A stretch of 57,283 bases of DNA from a virus (lineage: Duplodnaviria > Caudoviricetes). The notes under the pieces are model-generated. The model did not search any database. It worked only from the letters and a program-made list of their open reading frames with translations, and was not told where the DNA came from. How positions within the stretch are numbered: the first letter of the stretch is position 1; every line of letters begins with the position of its first letter. The translations under genes and the position numbers were made by a program. The stretch covers positions 1 to 57,283 of the IMG/VR virus record IMGVR_UViG_3300025132_000044; one strand, given 5' to 3'. This document shows, one piece after another, positions 19,510-27,781 of the stretch.

Positions 19510-20619
19510 ATGAATCAATTAATTTTAAAATTAAAAAAATTATCAAATCAAAGTCAAACATTTCAACAATTAGGAATCAATGATATAATTGACGCGTCTA
19601 AAGAAACAGTTACAGATGCGTTATGGAGTGATGATGCATCAGCATTATCAACATTTTTTACATCTTCAACATTAACTAATGCACAAAAAGAATATTATGT
19701 TAATGTAAGTCAAAAAGCACCTAATGATACTGGGTCAGCTGTACAATTTGCTATAGCATTTGGTGATCAACGTGGGAGTGGATCTTTAAATAATGGTGGT
19801 GGAACATTAGGAGATGCTCCAAGTAAAGCAATTTATTCTCAATATAAACAACTTTTATTAGGAGAAGCTGAATCTGCGTTTACATTTGCAACTGGATCAT
19901 CTACTTATACTACACCTTCGATTTATGTTTTAAATATTCAAAGAGCAAGAACAAAAGAAAGATTAGATCCTGGAAATTGGGAACTGCCATTGGTTAGTAT
20001 TGGATCGAGAGAAACAAATGGTACCGGTAGTGTTGTTTTAACTGGTACTACTAAATTATTATTAATTGACGATTCGTCTACAGAAACCGGAGTTTCAGAA
20101 ACAGAAATTGCTGACTCATATAATATAGTTTCTGGAAGTATAACTGATGGTATTCATAAAAGAAATTCAACAGAAATACAATATTATGGAAAAGTTTATC
20201 CACAACATAGTGTATTAGTTTTAGATGCAGAAAAATTAGATAGACAATTGGCATTTGATACTAATACCGGATCAAATTCAGCTGGTCATAATCATTATAC
20301 ATTATTTCATTCAATATCTGGATCTGCATCTGCAGGATCAGGATCATTTAAAGCAAGAAATAAAGAAACTGTAAGTAGCACTTTTTATTTTGTAAGACTT
20401 TTTAATGGTGATTTTAATTATTCAAATAATCCATCGTATACAACGGGAAGTGATTATCAAATTGTAAACGAAGGTTATTGGACAAATCCAGTATCATATA
20501 TAACTACAGTTGGATTGTATAATGATAGTCAAGAATTACTAGCTGTTGCTAAATTAAGTCAACCAATTAAAAAAGATAAAAAATCAGAATTAAACATTCG
20601 AGTTAAATTAGATTATTAA
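19510..20619 (+). CDS. tail/baseplate structural protein
   Basis: C-terminal YITTVGLYNDSQELLAVAKLSQPIKK...IRVKLDY. Confidence 0.65.
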   Translation: MNQLILKLKKLSNQSQTFQQLGINDIIDASKETVTDALWSDDASALSTFFTSSTLTNAQKEYYVNVSQKAPNDTGSAVQFAIAFGDQRGSGSLNNGGGTLGDAPSKAIYSQYKQLLLGEAESAFTFATGSSTYTTPSIYVLNIQRARTKERLDPGNWELPLVSIGSRETNGTGSVVLTGTTKLLLIDDSSTETGVSETEIADSYNIVSGSITDGIHKRNSTEIQYYGKVYPQHSVLVLDAEKLDRQLAFDTNTGSNSAGHNHYTLFHSISGSASAGSGSFKARNKETVSSTFYFVRLFNGDFNYSNNPSYTTGSDYQIVNEGYWTNPVSYITTVGLYNDSQELLAVAKLSQPIKKDKKSELNIRVKLDY

Positions 20620-20631
20620 TTTTTTCATTGA

Positions 20632-20673
20632 TTTTAACCCTGTTATATTTATATTAAAATAACAGGGTTTAAA
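20632..20673 (+). promoter_or_regulatory. late motif (20645-20653) inside an 11-bp inverted repeat
   Basis: AACCCTGTTAT 20636-46 / ATAACAGGGTT 20659-69. Confidence 0.65.
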
Positions 20674-20678
20674 CTATT

Positions 20679-22292
20679 ATGTCATCAATTACAGATTATC
20701 CCGGAGAAACGGTAAGTGCATTGAAAAAAATTGATCCAAGCGATCTTAAATTTCACACAATGCAATTAAATAAACGTTTTACGATGTTATCTGGGAGTAC
20801 TACTTTACATACTCCGTTACAAGCATATTATATTGATAAAGTGTTAGAAACATATGTAACTGGCGAACAAAATAGTAATGGAACATATAAAACAATAATA
20901 TATAAATCAATTGATCAGTTATTTTATAAATTTAATAATAGTCCTACTGATTTATATCAAACGTCTTCAATATTTAGTATACCGCAAAAGAAAATGGGTC
21001 AACAAATTAAAAATGACTCTTTTACATATTCTAGTGCTTCATTAAATTTAGCTTCATATAGTTCTGGTTTAGTTTATGATAGTAATATGATTACTTCTTC
21101 ATTTCCTAACACATTAGTTTTTTATGAAGGATTTAATCAATATTTTAACGAAACAAAAATAGCATATACAGAGAGTCAGAACGTTAGTTATGTAGATGGA
21201 GTAACAACTTCAGATGGTAAAGAACAGCCTATAGGATTATCTGCATTATTTTCTGGAAATGGTTATATATCTAGAAATATACAAGGAGAATATAATAAAC
21301 AAAAAAATTATGCTATTTCATTTTTTATATCAGGAACTAATAGTGCAAATTCAGATCAATTAATTTTGTCAAAAGCAGATCAATTAAGTACATTACCATG
21401 TCCATTTAATGTAGAACTTAGTGGTAGCAATCAAATTAAATTTAGTATTCGTGGTAATAATATAAATAATATTGCATTAATTACATCATCTGCAGATGTA
21501 TCTTCATCTTGGACTCATGTTGTTTGTCAAAAAACTGGTAGTGATATTGAATTGTATATTAATGGAACAAAACATTCGTCTGGTAGTTTTGATTTTTTAA
21601 CTGATAATTTAAATACATATGTAAATTCGCCAAGTAATATTTCAAACAATTACAATCTAAATATAGGCGGTTATAACACAAATAACACTAATTTACAAGG
21701 TTATCTAGATGAAATTAGGATTTATAACAAAGGATTAACAAACTTGGAGATAAGCACTTTATCGGACCGTAGCGAAGGTGGAGGAATGCTTCAAACAAAT
21801 ATTGTTGGAAATGTTTTTAGTAAAAAAGGATTTGTCATAATATCAACTCCAGACTATCGATTTAATAATTTAATAACTAGTGCATATACTGCTAGTTATG
21901 AAAGTTCAATTACAATGCATGAAATGAATTCATTATGTAGAATAAATTCTGGAGAGTTCAATGTTACACAAAATCATTCTGCATTAACAGAAAATAATAA
22001 TCAATATTTAAATTATTTAACTGGTAGTATATTTACTCCATATATAACTTCAATAGGATTATATGACCCAGCTGGACGTTTATTAGCAATTGGAAAATTA
22101 GGACAACCAATTAAGAAACGAGATAATGTTGATATGAATATTCTTGTTCGATTAGATTTAGATACAAAACCATTTAAAATATTAAATGAAATTACTTCAT
22201 CTACAAATACTATAACTACTAATATCAATACTAATACAACTAGTATTCCTACTGCAACAACTAGTACTTCTACCGGTGGAGGAGGGTACTAA
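20679..22292 (+). CDS. LamG/concanavalin-like domain tail protein
   Basis: WTHVVCQK...ELYING...LNIGG...GYLDEIRIYNKGL; C-terminal YITSIGLYD...LLAIGKLGQPIKK shared with the previous gene. Confidence 0.8.
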   Translation: MSSITDYPGETVSALKKIDPSDLKFHTMQLNKRFTMLSGSTTLHTPLQAYYIDKVLETYVTGEQNSNGTYKTIIYKSIDQLFYKFNNSPTDLYQTSSIFSIPQKKMGQQIKNDSFTYSSASLNLASYSSGLVYDSNMITSSFPNTLVFYEGFNQYFNETKIAYTESQNVSYVDGVTTSDGKEQPIGLSALFSGNGYISRNIQGEYNKQKNYAISFFISGTNSANSDQLILSKADQLSTLPCPFNVELSGSNQIKFSIRGNNINNIALITSSADVSSSWTHVVCQKTGSDIELYINGTKHSSGSFDFLTDNLNTYVNSPSNISNNYNLNIGGYNTNNTNLQGYLDEIRIYNKGLTNLEISTLSDRSEGGGMLQTNIVGNVFSKKGFVIISTPDYRFNNLITSAYTASYESSITMHEMNSLCRINSGEFNVTQNHSALTENNNQYLNYLTGSIFTPYITSIGLYDPAGRLLAIGKLGQPIKKRDNVDMNILVRLDLDTKPFKILNEITSSTNTITTNINTNTTSIPTATTSTSTGGGGY

Positions 22293-22837
22293 TGATTAAG
22301 TTAAAAAAAATATTAACAGAATTAAGTAGTGATCGTGCAGATCAATTATTAGATAAAATTAAAAATAAACAATTTTCATTTATAGGAAGTGGAGATAACG
22401 GAAAAGTATATCAACTTGATGGAGAAGATTTATTATTTAAAACAACTACTGAACCAGATGAAAAAGCAGTAGCTGATGTTATAGTAGGTCGTTCTAATGA
22501 ATTTAATACATTTATTCCAGTACATTATAGTCATGATACTAAAAACATGTATATTTTAAGTAGAGCTGAAAATTTATCTGAACGAGAAAAATCTGAGTTA
22601 CAATTATTTTATAATAATTTTAAACAATATATGCGACAAGAAGGTCCTAATGCTACAATATTTGATTATTTAAATACAGAAGAAACAAGACAATACTCAA
22701 CTATATTAATTAATTTTTTACGAGCTTTAGAACAACAAGTCAGAAAAACTAACATTGGAGATCTAGATCAAACATTAGATTTTAAACCAGACAACATAAT
22801 GAAATGGAATGGAAATCTGGTAATGATAGATTGGTAA
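22292..22837 (+). CDS. minimal protein-kinase-like protein
   Basis: G-loop IGSGDNGKVY, LLFK lysine, downstream Glu, catalytic DFKPDNIM, metal-binding LVMIDW at the extreme C-terminus. Confidence 0.8.
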   Translation: MIKLKKILTELSSDRADQLLDKIKNKQFSFIGSGDNGKVYQLDGEDLLFKTTTEPDEKAVADVIVGRSNEFNTFIPVHYSHDTKNMYILSRAENLSEREKSELQLFYNNFKQYMRQEGPNATIFDYLNTEETRQYSTILINFLRALEQQVRKTNIGDLDQTLDFKPDNIMKWNGNLVMIDW

Positions 22838-22845
22838 TATTTATA
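22837..22845 (+). promoter_or_regulatory. late-promoter motif ATATTTATA
   Basis: 4 nt before ATG 22850. Confidence 0.65.
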
Positions 22846-22849
22846 TAAA

Positions 22850-24175
22850 ATGAATAACAAGAAATATATAGAAAATATAGTATTAGAACAATATTATAAA
22901 TTAGCAGTAGAATCGCTGTTTGAACAAACTTCTGTTCCCGATTATAAATTACGATCAATAACAATTGACCCGTTAACGGATAAACAAAAATCTGCATTGA
23001 AAAAAATACCAGGCCGAGTACGAGGATTTCAAATAATTGTAAAAGGAAAAAATTTAAAAAATAATATTACTCATAAACAAATTGTTAGAACTATACAATT
23101 AAGTAAACAATATGGAGATGCCAGTGCATATGGAACAGGAGTTTCTAGACTGTTTGTTGTCGACAAAGTAGATTTAAAGAAAAAAGAAAATAGAAAACAA
23201 ATTTGGATAGTTTTTATAGCTGAATTAAAAGAGGATGATATAAAAAAAATAAATAAACTACCTAAAATTGGAAATTCAAGTTATATTATTCCTAAATCTA
23301 ATTTTCGATCTGTTGATCCTGATTTAGATAACAAAGTAACAGTTGTGTCTAATCCAATTAAAGTTGATATAGAAAAAACAGATAATGAAGATGATCCAGT
23401 TACATCAAATGATGAAGAAGAAATTACAAAGGTTGATGCAGAAAAACCTACATCTGAAGGAGTTCCTTCGTTGGCACCAATGAAAACTTTTGGCCCGTTC
23501 CCAGAAGGTACACCTCCAGCATCAGAAACATATGGATTTACAAATTTAAAAACTGCATTTTCACACGAAAAAAATGGAAGTTATTCAAGAACAAAACCTA
23601 TGTTGTTAACATTTTTAAAACCATTTCAAAGTATACCTGGATTTGGACTTACTTCTACTAAACGAGAAGGTGAAAGGACTGCAAAGGGATATATATCTGA
23701 TCATTATTTTAAAAATCCTGCATCATATGGTGTTGATATAGCATTAAAAAATAGTGAAATAAACGTTGGTAGTGAAAAGGACAAAGATGTTGTTAAAAAC
23801 ACTATAGGCGATAAAATATTTTTATCCATAATGAAAGCTATTGGAAAAGGTATTCCAACAAAAGGAGACGTATTTAATGCAAAATATCCAAATAAAGACT
23901 TTAGAATTCAAGTAATTTGGAGAGATAAAGATCATTATGATCATATACATGTAGGATTAAAAAATCTTAAAGCATTTGATACATGGGAAAAAAAACCTGA
24001 TACCCTTAATAATCCTGATCCTAATAATTCTGATAAAAATACTACAGATAAAAATACTACAGATAATACAGTTGAACCAAATGATAACGAACAGCCAGAC
24101 AATGATAATGTAAACAAAGGTACACCACAACTATCAGATAAATCAACTAACAATATCAAAAAGCGAAAAGCTTAA
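22850..24175 (+). CDS. putative internal virion protein with M15/DD-peptidase-like Zn domain
   Basis: LTSTKR...SDHY...YGVDI...VIWRDKDHYDHIHVG (H...D...HxH ligand pattern). Confidence 0.55.
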   Translation: MNNKKYIENIVLEQYYKLAVESLFEQTSVPDYKLRSITIDPLTDKQKSALKKIPGRVRGFQIIVKGKNLKNNITHKQIVRTIQLSKQYGDASAYGTGVSRLFVVDKVDLKKKENRKQIWIVFIAELKEDDIKKINKLPKIGNSSYIIPKSNFRSVDPDLDNKVTVVSNPIKVDIEKTDNEDDPVTSNDEEEITKVDAEKPTSEGVPSLAPMKTFGPFPEGTPPASETYGFTNLKTAFSHEKNGSYSRTKPMLLTFLKPFQSIPGFGLTSTKREGERTAKGYISDHYFKNPASYGVDIALKNSEINVGSEKDKDVVKNTIGDKIFLSIMKAIGKGIPTKGDVFNAKYPNKDFRIQVIWRDKDHYDHIHVGLKNLKAFDTWEKKPDTLNNPDPNNSDKNTTDKNTTDNTVEPNDNEQPDNDNVNKGTPQLSDKSTNNIKKRKA

Positions 24176-24176
24176 T

Positions 24177-25139
24177 ATGAATAGAAATAAATTAAAAAAT
24201 ATAATTTTAGAAGAATATCAAAAAATTAAACATGATTTGCAAGAGCAAAGTATGGGTGGACAATCTATGTCTACTGGCGGTCAGCCGTTTATGAATAAAT
24301 CTGCAGATCCTGTTAAGACTCCGTATGCACAAACAATATATAAAGGCGTTAGTAGTGGGAAAGAAGTAAGTATCGAAACTTTAAAAAAATGGTATGAAGA
24401 AGATATAACAGCTGATGACAGATCTGCCGGTTATTCTTTTAATGATTATTTAGATCAATTAGTAAAAGAAAAAATAATAACTAAACAATCAAAAACAGCT
24501 GGAGTTAATCAAATTGGTATGCCTAATGAAACAGATAAAACTACAATTGCATTAGCAGCTGGAGCTTCTGGAAAACTTGCAAGTGGTTTAGGAGGCACAA
24601 TTGAAAAATTAATTGACGCAGCAATATATGGCGGAACATATAAAAATGTAAAATTACAAGGAATTACAGATCTAAAAATTATGAAAATAGTATCTAATAA
24701 TTTACAAAAATTACTAAAGTCATTAAATACATATGATACAATTCTTGATCAAGAATATCTTGCTTTACGTGATAGTAAAGCTGTAGCCATGAAAAAATCT
24801 GTAGTTAGAACAAGAACTGGAGGATTATCTGCAGAAGATGTTAGATTAAATTTAACTAATATAGTAAAGTATGCTATAATGTCAGATGGAGCGTTAGATT
24901 CAGTTGGATTTACAGATAACACTTTAAAAAATGGAATATTTGGTATACTTGATAGTGAATTTGAAGGTCGTGTGTTAGATAAATATGCATTACATTTTTT
25001 AAATAATGGAATGGCTCAAATTTCTATTGCTGATTCAGCTGTTGTACCATTAGATGGAACAGGATATAAAATTGCTTTAACACAATCACCAATTGAATTA
25101 CCTGATAAAGTTAATGGTATTACACAATATCAATTATAA
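24177..25139 (+). CDS. hypothetical protein (putative internal virion protein)
   Basis: MNRNKLKNIILEEY...LQEQ leader. Confidence 0.7.
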   Translation: MNRNKLKNIILEEYQKIKHDLQEQSMGGQSMSTGGQPFMNKSADPVKTPYAQTIYKGVSSGKEVSIETLKKWYEEDITADDRSAGYSFNDYLDQLVKEKIITKQSKTAGVNQIGMPNETDKTTIALAAGASGKLASGLGGTIEKLIDAAIYGGTYKNVKLQGITDLKIMKIVSNNLQKLLKSLNTYDTILDQEYLALRDSKAVAMKKSVVRTRTGGLSAEDVRLNLTNIVKYAIMSDGALDSVGFTDNTLKNGIFGILDSEFEGRVLDKYALHFLNNGMAQISIADSAVVPLDGTGYKIALTQSPIELPDKVNGITQYQL

Positions 25140-25154
25140 ATAAAGAAACAAGTT

Positions 25155-25628
25155 ATGAAAAATCATTGGCACTCTAATAATAAACAACGCCAAGCGGCGT
25201 ATAAATACGGATATCGATCTGGCTTAGAATTAAAAGTTGCAGATCAAATTAAAGAATCAAAATATCCAGTAAATTATGAAACAGAAACTTTACAATACAT
25301 AGTCCCTCAAAAAAATTCAAAATATACACCAGATTTTGTTTTTACAAAAAAGAATGGTAAAACAATGTATATTGAAACTAAAGGAAGATGGACTAGTACT
25401 GATAGACAAAAAATGAAAAATATATTGGCTTCAAATCCTGATATAGATTTGAGAATAATATTTCAAAATCCAAACCAAAAAATTTCTAAAGGTTCAAAAA
25501 CAACATATGAATCATATGCATTAAAAATTGGTATTAAACATGTAGCAAAAAAAGAAATGCCAATAGAATGGTTAGCAGAGTGTTGTAAAGTCGACGAAAA
25601 GCCAACTATAACAAATTTTTTTAATTAA
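25155..25628 (+). CDS. T7 endonuclease I-like Holliday junction resolvase
   Basis: YRSGLE...YET..LQYIVP...YTPDF...IETKGRW...DRQKM...NPDIDLRIIF...KISKGSKTTY. Confidence 0.92.
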   Translation: MKNHWHSNNKQRQAAYKYGYRSGLELKVADQIKESKYPVNYETETLQYIVPQKNSKYTPDFVFTKKNGKTMYIETKGRWTSTDRQKMKNILASNPDIDLRIIFQNPNQKISKGSKTTYESYALKIGIKHVAKKEMPIEWLAECCKVDEKPTITNFFN

Positions 25629-25631
25629 TTC

Positions 25632-25660
25632 TTGGATATTTCATATTAATTTCTTATTAT
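25632..25660 (+). promoter_or_regulatory. sigma70-like promoter TTGGAT-N17-TATTAT
   Basis: Upstream of the DUF4294-like gene. Confidence 0.55.
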
Positions 25661-25678
25661 AAAGAAAAAAAATAAGAT

Positions 25679-26236
25679 ATGAAAACGTATATAATATTAG
25701 CATTAACAATTTTATTTTCTAATGCAAATTTTAGTCAATGTGTAGATCCATTTGGTAAACCATGTGATTATATTTATCAAGTAGGACAATTACCTACATA
25801 TACAATAAGAGTTTTTAAAAATAATCGAAGTAAAAATCAATATTATAAATTAGTTGCAAAAGTTAAAAAAGTATATCCATATGCTCAAATAGTAGGACAA
25901 CGATTATTAGAATGTGAAAATGAATTAGCATCGATGTCTACGGAACAAAGAAATATTAATTCTAAAAAATATTATAAACAAGTTGAGGATCAAATTAAAA
26001 CTGAATTTGATAAAGACATGAGACGGCTAACAGTTTTTGAAGGACAATTATTAATTAAATTAATAGATCGTGAATGTTCTAGAACAGGATATAATTTAGT
26101 AAAAGATTTAAGAAATGGATTTACAGCATGGGGGTATCAGCAATTTGCTAGAATATGTGGTACTAATTTAAAAAAATCATATGATCCGCATGGTGACGAT
26201 AAGGATATTGAAGAAATAATTACTTTTCTGATATAA
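25679..26236 (+). CDS. DUF4294-like secreted protein
   Basis: Signal peptide ending ...NFS|Q; LVAKVKKVYPYA...GQLLIKLIDRE...YDP..DD..IE. Confidence 0.75.
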   Translation: MKTYIILALTILFSNANFSQCVDPFGKPCDYIYQVGQLPTYTIRVFKNNRSKNQYYKLVAKVKKVYPYAQIVGQRLLECENELASMSTEQRNINSKKYYKQVEDQIKTEFDKDMRRLTVFEGQLLIKLIDRECSRTGYNLVKDLRNGFTAWGYQQFARICGTNLKKSYDPHGDDKDIEEIITFLI

Positions 26237-26240
26237 TATT

Positions 26241-26248
26241 ATATTTAT
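26241..26248 (+). promoter_or_regulatory. late-promoter motif ATATTTAT
   Basis: Upstream of ATG 26269. Confidence 0.65.
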
Positions 26249-26268
26249 TAGTAAATAGGATTATCAAA

Positions 26269-26652
26269 ATGAATAAATTACAAACAAATATGCGAAGATT
26301 TCGAACTAAAAATTTGAATGAAGGATATGTTGATGTTGGAAAATTAGTATTTAGAAAAAAATCAATTGAATCATTAATAAAGGAAAAGGATCCTAAAAAA
26401 ATGATGCAAATAGCAAAAACTATAGTAGATGATTTAGGAGGTACAGAAGAAGCTGAAGAAACTGTACTAGGAGCGTTAGAAACAACAGAACAAATAATTC
26501 CTATAATTAAAGCAGTATTACCAGATAATCCGGTACCGGTTAATAAAAAAGTAATGGTAACATTAGTAAAAGCATTAGCTCCTAATAAATATCAAGAAAT
26601 TTATAAAGAATTAACACAAATAATCAAAAGATTAGGTGTAAATATAGTATAA
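26269..26652 (+). CDS. hypothetical protein (putative internal virion protein)
   Basis: MNKLQTNMRRFRTKNLNE leader; late motif upstream. Confidence 0.7.
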   Translation: MNKLQTNMRRFRTKNLNEGYVDVGKLVFRKKSIESLIKEKDPKKMMQIAKTIVDDLGGTEEAEETVLGALETTEQIIPIIKAVLPDNPVPVNKKVMVTLVKALAPNKYQEIYKELTQIIKRLGVNIV

Positions 26653-26657
26653 TTAAC

Positions 26658-26686
26658 TTGGATCTTTGAAAAATAATCATTATTTT
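26658..26686 (+). promoter_or_regulatory. sigma70-like promoter TTGGAT-N17-TATTTT
   Basis: Upstream of the structured non-coding region. Confidence 0.45.
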
Positions 26687-26699
26687 TTTAATGTAAGTA

Positions 26700-26810
26700 A
26701 TAAAAAGATGAAATCGTTTAATATAATGTATATTATTAAATGATGATTCGTTAGACCGATTAATTGTGTCTAACTATTAATATATAATAAACCAATACTT
26801 TTGATCTTTC
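26700..26810 (+). ncRNA. candidate structured RNA or origin-like element
   Basis: Stems 26713-22/26735-44 and 26750-56/26768-74; possible closing pair AAAGAT/ATCTTT; promoter-like sequence upstream. Confidence 0.35.
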
Positions 26811-26828
26811 AGTAAATTTTCTTATAAT
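26800..26828 (+). promoter_or_regulatory. sigma70-like promoter TTTGAT-N17-TATAAT
   Basis: Upstream of primase. Confidence 0.6.
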
Positions 26829-26836
26829 AAATTAAT

Positions 26837-27781
26837 ATGAAGAACTTAAAACTACTTCAATTATTGGAATCTGTTCTAGGAAAAGGAAAACAAACATCTG
26901 GAGATAATATTGCATTTTTTTCGCCATTTACTTCTCATTATAAACCTAAATTAGAAATTAATATTAATACAAATTCAGATGGACAAAATCCATGGCATTG
27001 TTGGATATCTGATAAAAAAGGAAGATCGATACATTCATTATTTAAACAATTAAAATTATCAAAAGATAAATTTGAAAAATTAAATAAAATAATTGAAAGA
27101 TCTAAGTATAGAAATACTGCTAGTATAAAAGAAACTGAAGAAGTAATACAATTACCAGATGAATATAAGCCATTATGGTTAAAACAAAATACTCCAGACT
27201 ATCGTAATGCAATGTATTATTTAAAAACTAGAGGTATAACATTATTTGATATAATTAGATATAGAATTGGATATGCAGAATCAGGAGCATATTCTGGCAA
27301 AATTATTATTCCTAGCTATGATTCATCCGGTCAATTAAATTATTTTGTATCAAGAGCGTTTTATAAAAATGATCCATATAAACATAAAAATCCTAAAATA
27401 TCAAAAGACATTATTGGATTTGAAATGTTAATTAATTGGAATGAACCTATTATATTATGCGAAGGCGCATTTGATGCAATCACAATTAAAAGAAATGCAA
27501 TTCCACTATTTGGTAAAATAATTAATCCAATGTTACAAATAAAAATTATAGAAGAACATGTTAAAGATATTTACATATGTTTAGATCAAGATGCATTTAA
27601 AAACGCAATGGATATAGCAAAAACATTTATGGCAGAAGGATTAAATGTTTATTTTATAAAATTAGAAACAGAAGATCCTAACGAATTAGGATACAAAAAA
27701 ATTACTGAAAAAATTCAAGATACTTACAAGTTTTCATTTGAAGAAATGATGACACTGGAAATAAACTCATTATGGAAATAA
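26837..27781 (+). CDS. DNA primase (DnaG/gp61-like, TOPRIM)
   Basis: YLKTRGI...IGY...IIIP...YFVSR...ILCEGAFDA...IPLFGK...ICLDQDA...DPNE. Confidence 0.9.
   Translation: MKNLKLLQLLESVLGKGKQTSGDNIAFFSPFTSHYKPKLEININTNSDGQNPWHCWISDKKGRSIHSLFKQLKLSKDKFEKLNKIIERSKYRNTASIKETEEVIQLPDEYKPLWLKQNTPDYRNAMYYLKTRGITLFDIIRYRIGYAESGAYSGKIIIPSYDSSGQLNYFVSRAFYKNDPYKHKNPKISKDIIGFEMLINWNEPIILCEGAFDAITIKRNAIPLFGKIINPMLQIKIIEEHVKDIYICLDQDAFKNAMDIAKTFMAEGLNVYFIKLETEDPNELGYKKITEKIQDTYKFSFEEMMTLEINSLWK

Noticed and set aside
26837-26875. MKNLKLLQLLE in primase as a capsid-targeting leader
   Set aside because: The gene is under a non-late promoter and the segment is the normal first helix of the primase N-terminal domain
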